This document shows, one piece after another, positions 57,970-64,000 of a stretch of 64,000 nt of DNA (position 1 is its first letter; each line of letters starts with the position of its first letter). Origin of the DNA: Candidatus Binatia bacterium (GTDB taxonomy: Bacteria; Desulfobacterota; Binatia; DP-6); the NCBI GenBank assembly GCA_041496545.1, contig JBGQET010000004.1:19293-83292 (forward strand), given 5' to 3'. Made by a program: the position numbers and the translations under genes. Under the pieces are notes generated by a model. It saw only the letters and a list, made by a program, of their open reading frames with translations, was not told where the DNA came from and did no database searches.

Positions 57970-58728
57970 CTAGCGGAACAGGTCGAACTCGGGGCTGCGC
58001 ACGAGCCGGCGCGCGGCGCCGCCCGGCCCCGGCGTGTAGCGGACGCCGCGCACGATCGCGGCCGCCACGCCGCTGTCCTTCTCCATCACCAGGCCCGCGG
58101 CGGCGGCCACCTCGTCGGCCAGCGCGACGACGGTGTGGTGCAGCGTACGCCCGGCGAGGTCGGCGCGACCGCGCAGGTCGAGCAGCGGGTCCATCCCCGC
58201 GCAGCCGAGCGCGACCTCGACCAGCCCCTCGCGCCACGGCCGCCCGAAGGTGTCGGTGACGACGACCGCCAGCTCGACGCCGAAGCGCGTTCGCAGGCGC
58301 TCGCAGAGCGCGGCGGCCGAGGCGTCGGCGTCGCGCGGCAGCAGCGTCAGCACCTCGGGCGCGACGCCGTTCGACTCGTCCACGCCGGCGTTGGCGCAGA
58401 CCCAGCCGTGGCGCGTCTCGCAGATGACGTGCCCGCGGTCCATGCGGACGACGCGCGCCGTCTCGCGCAGCACGACCTCCATGACGCGCGGGTCCTTGCC
58501 GCCCTCGCTCCGCGCCGCGAGCCGCTCGGCGAAGGGCGACGCCGTCACGTCGGCGAGGCGCACCACGGCGCCCTCGGCCTTGGACACGACCTTCTGGCAG
58601 ACGGCCACCACGTCGCCCGCCTTGACGCCGACGCGCGCCGCCTCGATCGCGTCGCCGAGGAGGAGCGTGAGGTCGTCCCCGGGCTTCACCATGGGCAGCC
58701 CGGGGATGGGGATGACGGCCACCGTCAT
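57970..58728 (-). CDS. cofE: coenzyme F420-0:L-glutamate ligase
   Basis: MTVAVIPIPGLPMVKPGDDL... CofE family N-terminus; 252 aa; ATG 58728 abuts the cofD stop. Confidence 0.8.
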   Translation of the reverse strand: MTVAVIPIPGLPMVKPGDDLTLLLGDAIEAARVGVKAGDVVAVCQKVVSKAEGAVVRLADVTASPFAERLAARSEGGKDPRVMEVVLRETARVVRMDRGHVICETRHGWVCANAGVDESNGVAPEVLTLLPRDADASAAALCERLRTRFGVELAVVVTDTFGRPWREGLVEVALGCAGMDPLLDLRGRADLAGRTLHHTVVALADEVAAAAGLVMEKDSGVAAAIVRGVRYTPGPGGAARRLVRSPEFDLFR

Positions 58729-59675
58729 GCGCCGCGGTCTAGCGCACGCAGCACGACGCCGGCAAGGCGGGCGGCGTGGGCGGGCGTGCGCATGATCGTG
58801 TCGGTGACGACGGCGCGCATGCCGAGCGCCTCGACCGCGGGCGCGTGGCGCGCGTCCACGCGGTCGAGGACGAACACGTCGACGAGGCCCCGGTAGAAGC
58901 GCGCCACGCCGCGCGCCGACACCTCGTGCCCGAGGCCGCGGAGCATGCGATGAAGCGGACCTTTCAGCGGCCGGCCGCCGACGAGCGGGGTGATCGCCGC
59001 CGCCGGCGCGCGGCGGCGCGCGAGCGCGCGGCGGATCGCGGGCACGGCCAGCATGGGGCCGATCGAGACGAGCGGGTTGGAGGGCGCGATCACGATCGCG
59101 TCGGTGTCGCGGAGCGCGGCGAGGACACCCGGCGCGGGCCGGGCGCGCGCCGCCCCGGCGACCTCGACCCGCCGGACGCGCCCGCGCGCGCGGCGGTGCA
59201 CGAGGTAGTCCTGGAAGGCGAGCCGGCCGCGCTCGGTGTGGACGAAGGTGCGGACGCGGTCGTCGGTCATGGGCAGGAGCCGCGTGCGGACGCGGTGGCG
59301 GCGCGCCAGCTCGGCGGTCACCCAGGAGAGCGGGCGGCCGCGGCGGAGCCACGCGGTGCGGAGGAGGTGCGTCGCGAGGTCGCGATCGCCGAGACGGAAC
59401 CACGCCGGCGCGCCGAGCGCCGCGGCGGCGTCGAGACAGGCGAACGTGTCCCCCAGGATCCCCCAGCCGCGCATCGGGTCGGAGCGCCCCGCGAGCGTGT
59501 AGAGGACCGTGTCCAGGTCCGGGGCGACGTGGAGGCCGAAGAACTCCTCGTCGTCGCCCGTGTTGCCGATGACGGTCGTCCGGCGCGGGTCAGTGCGACG
59601 CGAGAGGCCCCGGAGGAACCGGGCTGCTCCCACGCCACCCGCCAACACCGTGATCCGTCTGCCCGACGCGGCCAT
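58725..59675 (-). CDS. cofD: 2-phospho-L-lactate transferase
   Basis: RITVLAGGVGAARFLRGL N-terminus and overall CofD/UPF0052 collinearity. Overlaps the 3' end of cofH by about 86 nt. Confidence 0.8.
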   Translation of the reverse strand: MAASGRRITVLAGGVGAARFLRGLSRRTDPRRTTVIGNTGDDEEFFGLHVAPDLDTVLYTLAGRSDPMRGWGILGDTFACLDAAAALGAPAWFRLGDRDLATHLLRTAWLRRGRPLSWVTAELARRHRVRTRLLPMTDDRVRTFVHTERGRLAFQDYLVHRRARGRVRRVEVAGAARARPAPGVLAALRDTDAIVIAPSNPLVSIGPMLAVPAIRRALARRRAPAAAITPLVGGRPLKGPLHRMLRGLGHEVSARGVARFYRGLVDVFVLDRVDARHAPAVEALGMRAVVTDTIMRTPAHAARLAGVVLRALDRGA

Positions 59676-60831
59676 AGAGGGTCGTCCGCTCGACCGGCGT
59701 GCGGCCCATCGCCCGCACCAGTGCCTCGATCTCCTCGGCCGACGTGTACTCGCCGGCGTCCGCCCCCGCCTCGCGCGAGATACTCTCCTCCATCAGCGTG
59801 CCGCCGAAGTCGTTGCAGCCGGCGCGCAGCGTGAGCTGGGCCAGGCGGTGCCCGAGCTTCACCCACGACGTCTGGAGGTTGTCGATCCGGCCGCGCAGCA
59901 TCAAGCGGCTGGTGGCGTAGACACGGAGGTCGCGCAGCCCCTTCGGCTGCGGCGTGACCTTGCCGTCGTGGTAGAGCTTCGTGTTCTCCCAGATGAAGCC
60001 GAGCGGCACGAACTCCGTGAAGCCGCGGGTGGCCTTCTGGATGTCGCGGATGAGGGCGATGTGGCGGGCGACGTGGCCCGCGGTCTCGACGTGGCCGTAC
60101 ATCACGGTGGACGTGGTCGGCACGCCGAGCCGGTGGGCGGTGGTGATGATCTCGATCCAGGTGCGGACGTCCACCTTCTTGTGGGAGAGGATCTCGCGCA
60201 CCTCGTCGTCGAGGATCTCGGCCGCGGTGCCCGGGATGGAGCCGAGGCCGCCGTCGCGCAGCATGCCGATGTAGGCCGGGTAGTCCATGTTCGTGCGCCG
60301 CGCGCCGTACATGATCTCCATGGGCGAGAAGGCGTGGACGTGGAGGCGCGGGTAGCGCGTCTTGATGGCGACCAGGACGTCCCGGTACGTGAACGGCTCC
60401 ATGTCGGGGTTGATGCCGCCCTGCATGCACACTTCCGTGGCGCCGCGCGCGATCGCTTCCTCGACCTTGCCGAGCACGATGTCGAGGCCGTGGGTGTAGG
60501 CGTCCTCCTCCCAGCGCTGGCGCTTGAAGGCGCAGAACTGGCAGTTCACGAAGCAGACGTTGGTGAAGTTGATGTTGCGGTTGACGACGTAGGTGACCTC
60601 GTCGCCGACGTCGGTCTCGCGCACCAGGTCGGCGGTGCGGACGAGGGCGGTCAGGTCGTCGTCGGCGGTGCCGAGGAGGGCCTCGCCCTCGTCGGCCGTC
60701 AGCTCGGCGCCGTCGAGCGCGCGGTCGAGGATGCGACGCACGGCGGGGCGGGCGCGGTCGAGCACGGTCGGGAGGGGCGCGTCGTCGAGCACCACGCGCT
60801 CGATAGTGTCCCAGGGGTCGATCCAGCTCAT
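59590..60831 (-). CDS. cofH: FO synthase subunit 2 (radical SAM)
   Basis: Radical SAM cluster motif NVCFVNCQFCAF plus CofH-specific regions. ATG 60831 overlaps the cofG stop (ATGA). Confidence 0.8.
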   Translation of the reverse strand: MSWIDPWDTIERVVLDDAPLPTVLDRARPAVRRILDRALDGAELTADEGEALLGTADDDLTALVRTADLVRETDVGDEVTYVVNRNINFTNVCFVNCQFCAFKRQRWEEDAYTHGLDIVLGKVEEAIARGATEVCMQGGINPDMEPFTYRDVLVAIKTRYPRLHVHAFSPMEIMYGARRTNMDYPAYIGMLRDGGLGSIPGTAAEILDDEVREILSHKKVDVRTWIEIITTAHRLGVPTTSTVMYGHVETAGHVARHIALIRDIQKATRGFTEFVPLGFIWENTKLYHDGKVTPQPKGLRDLRVYATSRLMLRGRIDNLQTSWVKLGHRLAQLTLRAGCNDFGGTLMEESISREAGADAGEYTSAEEIEALVRAMGRTPVERTTLYGRVGQTDHGVGGWRGSSPVPPGPLASH

Positions 60832-62042
60832 GAGAGGGTGGCCTCCGCGGCCGTGCCGGCGGCCTCGGCCGCGAGCGCCGCGACAGGGCCGCGGAGCGCT
60901 GGGGCGAGGAAGTCGGGACGGTCGATGTAGCGGGGGTAGATGGCGAGCCGCTCGGCGAGGCCGAAGCCTTCCGCGCGGCACGCGCCGGCGAGCGCCGCAA
61001 CGTGCGGCCACGGCGCCTCGGGGTTCACGTAGTCGGGGGTGAGCGGCGAGATGCCGCCCCAGTCGTTCACCCCGGCGGCCAGCAGTAGCGCCACGTCCTC
61101 GGGGGCAGAGAGGTTGGGCGGCGCTTGCACGCTCACCTCGTCGTCGAGGACGAGGCGTGCGACCGCGACCGTGCGCGCCAGGTCGAGCGCGTCGGGCTCG
61201 GCGGCGTCGGAGCGACCGATCAGTGGCTTCGCCTTGAAGTTCTGGACGATCACTTCCTGCACGTGACCGTAGGCGCGGTGCAGGTCGCGGATGGCGACGA
61301 GGGTGTCGACGCGCTCGGCGAGCGTCTCGCCGATGCCGATCAGCAGCCCCGTGGTGAAGGGAATCGCCAGCTCGCCGGCTTCGCGCAGCATGCGGAGACG
61401 CAGCGCGGGCTCCTTGTCCGGCGCCCACTGGTGCACCTCACCCCTGGCGCGAAGACGCGGCGACACGTTCTCGAGCATGAGCCCGAGGCTCACGTTGACG
61501 TCCTTCAGACGGTGCATCTCGTCCTGGGTGAGGATGCCGGCGTTGGTGTGCGGCAGGAGCCCGGCCTCGAGCGCCAGGACGGAGGCGCGGTGGACGTACT
61601 CGGCCGTGGTGCGGTGGCCGAGCCCGGCGAGGAGCGCGCGGTAGCTCGGGAACGCGACCTCCGGCTTGTCGCCCAGGCAGAGGAGCGCCTCCTTGCAGCC
61701 GAGGGCGCGGCCGCGGCGGCTCCACTCGGAGATCTCCTCGGGCGTCATGGTCCAGGCGTCGGGGTCGTCGGGGTCCTTCCGGAAGGTGCAGTAGGTGCAC
61801 CGGTCGCGGCAGAGGTTCGTGACTGGGAGGAAGACCTTCGGGGAGAAGGTGACGGTCCGCCCCCACGCCCGATCGCGGCGCCGGCCGGCCGTGGCGAGCA
61901 GCACGGGCGTGGCGTCGGCGTCGTCGAGCAGCGCCGTCGCCTCCGCTCGCGTCAAGTCCGCGCCCAGAAGAGCGCGCGCGAGCGCGTCGCGGAGCGCTTC
62001 CGGCGCAGGGGGCGCGTCGGCGCCACACGCAGGGGGCGGCAT
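60828..62042 (-). CDS. cofG: FO synthase subunit 1 (radical SAM)
   Basis: CRDRCTYCTF radical SAM motif and CofG collinearity. GGAAGG RBS before ATG 62042. Confidence 0.8.
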   Translation of the reverse strand: MPPPACGADAPPAPEALRDALARALLGADLTRAEATALLDDADATPVLLATAGRRRDRAWGRTVTFSPKVFLPVTNLCRDRCTYCTFRKDPDDPDAWTMTPEEISEWSRRGRALGCKEALLCLGDKPEVAFPSYRALLAGLGHRTTAEYVHRASVLALEAGLLPHTNAGILTQDEMHRLKDVNVSLGLMLENVSPRLRARGEVHQWAPDKEPALRLRMLREAGELAIPFTTGLLIGIGETLAERVDTLVAIRDLHRAYGHVQEVIVQNFKAKPLIGRSDAAEPDALDLARTVAVARLVLDDEVSVQAPPNLSAPEDVALLLAAGVNDWGGISPLTPDYVNPEAPWPHVAALAGACRAEGFGLAERLAIYPRYIDRPDFLAPALRGPVAALAAEAAGTAAEATLS

Positions 62043-62145
62043 AAGAAGACCGCCTTCCGGCTATCGGACGGGTTCAGACCTGTCAAGCCGTGGCGCGTGG
62101 TGGAAACGGGGTGTGGGCCGCGGTATGGAAACGGCAGGAGGAACC

Positions 62146-63579
62146 ATGAAGGACTGCCGCCAGCTCTACATCGACGGGAAGTGGGTCGCCCCGACGAAGC
62201 CCAATGACTACAAGGTCGTCAACCCGGCTACCGAGGAGTCCATCGCGGTCATCTCGCTCGGCAGCGCGGCCGACGTCGACAAAGCCGTCGCCGCCGCCAA
62301 GAAGGCCTTCGCGTCGTACTCCGAGACGAGCCGCGAGGAGCGGCTGGCGCTGATCCAGCGGATCGTCGACGTCTATCAGTCGAAGTACGAGGAGATGGCC
62401 ACCACGATCTCCGAGGAGATGGGCGCCCCGATGTGGCTCTCGCGCGCGGCCCAGGCCGCCGCCGGGCTCGGGCACTTCCTCGAGATGCTGAACGTCCTCG
62501 GCTCCTTCCAGTTCGAGGAGCTGCGGGGCTCCACGCTGCTGCGCAAGGAGCCGATCGGCGTCTGCGGTCTGATCACGCCGTGGAACTGGCCCGTGAACCA
62601 GATCGCCTGCAAGGTGGCGCCGGCGCTGGCGGCCGGCTGCACGATGGTGCTCAAGCCGAGCGAGATCGCGCCGCTCTCCGGGTACCTCTTCACGCAGATC
62701 ATGCACGAAGCCGGCGTGCCCGCCGGTGTCTTCAACATGGTGAACGGCGACGGTCCCACCGTCGGCGCCGCCATCTCCTCCCACCCCGACGTCGACATGG
62801 TGTCGTTCACCGGCTCGACGCGGGCCGGCGTCGCCGTCGCCACCGCCGCCGCGCCGACCGTGAAGCGCGTCACCCAGGAGCTGGGCGGCAAGTCCGCCAA
62901 CATCATCCTGGACGACGCCGACCTCGAAGCCACCGTCGCCGCCGGCGTGCAGAGCTGCTTCCTCAACACGGGCCAGTCCTGCAACGCGCCGACGCGCATG
63001 CTCGTGCCGCGCGCGAAGATGGCGCAGGCGGCCGCCGCGGCCAAGCGCGCCGCCGAGGCCGTCCAGGTCGGCGCCCCGGACGCCGACGGCACCAACATCG
63101 GCCCGCTGGCGAGCGCGGCGCAGTTCGAGAAGGTGCAGCGCTTGATCAACCAGGGCGTCAAGGAGGGCGCCGAGCTGGTGACGGGCGGGCCCGGCCGTCC
63201 CGACGGGCTCGGCAAGGGCTACTTCGTCAAGCCCACGGTCTTCGCCAACGTGCGCAACGACATGACCATCGCGCGCGAGGAGATCTTCGGACCCGTCCTC
63301 TCCATCATCCCATACGAGGACGAGAACGACGCCGTCCGCATCGCCAACGACACGCCGTACGGGCTCTCCGGCTACGTCACCTCGGGAAACGTCGAGCGTG
63401 CGCGGCGCATCGCCAAGCGTATCCGCTCCGGCAACGTCCACGTGAACGGCGCGCAGCCCGACTTCAGCGGCGCCTTCGGCGGCTTCAAGCAGTCGGGCAA
63501 CGGCCGCGAGTGGGGCGAAGCCGGGCTGGCGGAGTTCCTCGAGCTGAAGGCGGTCTTCGGCTTCGCGGCCGCGGGGTAG
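62146..63579 (+). CDS. NAD(P)-dependent aldehyde dehydrogenase
   Basis: AGGAGG RBS 5 nt before ATG 62146. ALDH motifs ELGGKSANIIL (catalytic Glu) and GQSCNAPTRMLV (catalytic Cys); 477 aa. Confidence 0.85.
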   Translation: MKDCRQLYIDGKWVAPTKPNDYKVVNPATEESIAVISLGSAADVDKAVAAAKKAFASYSETSREERLALIQRIVDVYQSKYEEMATTISEEMGAPMWLSRAAQAAAGLGHFLEMLNVLGSFQFEELRGSTLLRKEPIGVCGLITPWNWPVNQIACKVAPALAAGCTMVLKPSEIAPLSGYLFTQIMHEAGVPAGVFNMVNGDGPTVGAAISSHPDVDMVSFTGSTRAGVAVATAAAPTVKRVTQELGGKSANIILDDADLEATVAAGVQSCFLNTGQSCNAPTRMLVPRAKMAQAAAAAKRAAEAVQVGAPDADGTNIGPLASAAQFEKVQRLINQGVKEGAELVTGGPGRPDGLGKGYFVKPTVFANVRNDMTIAREEIFGPVLSIIPYEDENDAVRIANDTPYGLSGYVTSGNVERARRIAKRIRSGNVHVNGAQPDFSGAFGGFKQSGNGREWGEAGLAEFLELKAVFGFAAAG

Positions 63580-63621
63580 GGTAGGCCGCGCCACGCCGGA
63601 CCCGGCGTCCAGAACGACGAT

Positions 63622-64000
63622 CTAGGCGAGCGCCGGGAGCGTGACGCGGTAGACGGTGCCGTTCGCGGCCGTCGCGACGTCGATCGTTCCCTCGAGCGCG
63701 CGTACCAGGCGGCCGACCAGGCGGAGCCCGAAACCGAGCAGCCGCGTCGGTCGCTGCGCGGCCTCGGCCGACGCTTCGATCAGCGTCTCGGCGACCATCT
63801 CGCCGTCGAGGCCCGGGCCCGTGTCGCGGACCTCGAGGCGCAAGCCGCCGGGCGCCGCCGCCGCGGTGAGCGTCACCTTGCCCGCGGGCGTGAACTTGAC
63901 GGCGTTGTCGGCAAGCGCCCGGACCAACCGCGCGAGCTTGTCCTCGTCGGTGCGGAAGACGAGGTCGGCCGGCGACTCGACCCGGACGATGACGCCCTTG
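63622..64000 (-). CDS. histidine kinase, C-terminal HATPase_c part (gene continues beyond window end)
   Basis: ALADNAVKF ... DTGPGLD ... GFGLRLV HATPase_c motifs. The reading frame is open to the window edge. Confidence 0.6.
   Translation of the reverse strand, partial: KGVIVRVESPADLVFRTDEDKLARLVRALADNAVKFTPAGKVTLTAAAAPGGLRLEVRDTGPGLDGEMVAETLIEASAEAAQRPTRLLGFGLRLVGRLVRALEGTIDVATAANGTVYRVTLPALA

Noticed and set aside
59318-61000. 560-aa minus-strand ORF across cofH/cofG
   Set aside because: Alternate frame of cofH and cofG; R/P/A-rich with no radical-SAM motifs.

Overview
High-GC (about 70%) bacterial chromosomal window, most likely from a deltaproteobacterial or myxobacterial-like organism. 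This guess rests only on composition, gene content and GTGA/ATGA-coupled operons. Alternate-frame ORFs are pervasive, so calls rest on recognisable protein motifs, GC3 periodicity, RBS and signal peptides. **Layout.** (i) 1–9.7 kb: two paralogous multi-TM sensor kinases flank lnt and a lipoprotein gene; a REC-kinase hybrid, tRNA-fMet, NDH-2 and a GFA protein follow. (ii) 9.7–12 kb: small secreted or basic proteins, tRNA-Cys, an EEP-family secreted enzyme and pterin-4a-carbinolamine dehydratase. (iii) 12.0–21.5 kb: a tightly coupled Che-like operon (REC, REC-CheW, CheR-TPR, CheW, CHASE3-MCP, CheA-REC, CheB, REC-HisKA-HATPase). (iv) 21.5–23.2 kb: tandem cysteine-rich secreted-protein paralogs. 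One copy has an in-frame TGA exactly at a conserved Cys position, and the reading frame shifts twice across the locus. (v) 24.3–38.7 kb: lower-GC accessory region. It holds a roughly 99-nt repeat family (two full and two half copies), a duplicated tRNA-Leu 3' half, and several frameshifted or truncated genes (phosphoesterase, S8 peptidase remnant). Intact genes include a foreign-looking PPi-type phosphofructokinase, a GH lipoprotein, a CBS protein, an XRE regulator, a desaturase and a GAF kinase; the region ends at tRNA-Leu(TAA). (vi) 38.8–47.3 kb: exopolysaccharide-type locus (GH-GT2 fusion membrane protein, ABC exporter, three tandem GT-B glycosyltransferase paralogs). (vii) 47.3–57.9 kb: three small coupled ORFs, then an ACP-domain protein with a large uncharacterised C-terminal domain. 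Next come a PIG-L deacetylase and an acyl-CoA dehydrogenase, divergent from an inactive-transglutaminase/7TM protein and its RimK-like ATP-grasp ligase. An ExeA-like AAA ATPase and a frameshifted NPP phosphodiesterase close this segment. (viii) 57.9–64 kb: F420 operon cofG-cofH-cofD-cofE, an aldehyde dehydrogenase and a partial histidine kinase. No CRISPR array was found, and no integrase or transposase or other intact mobile-element gene was recognised.
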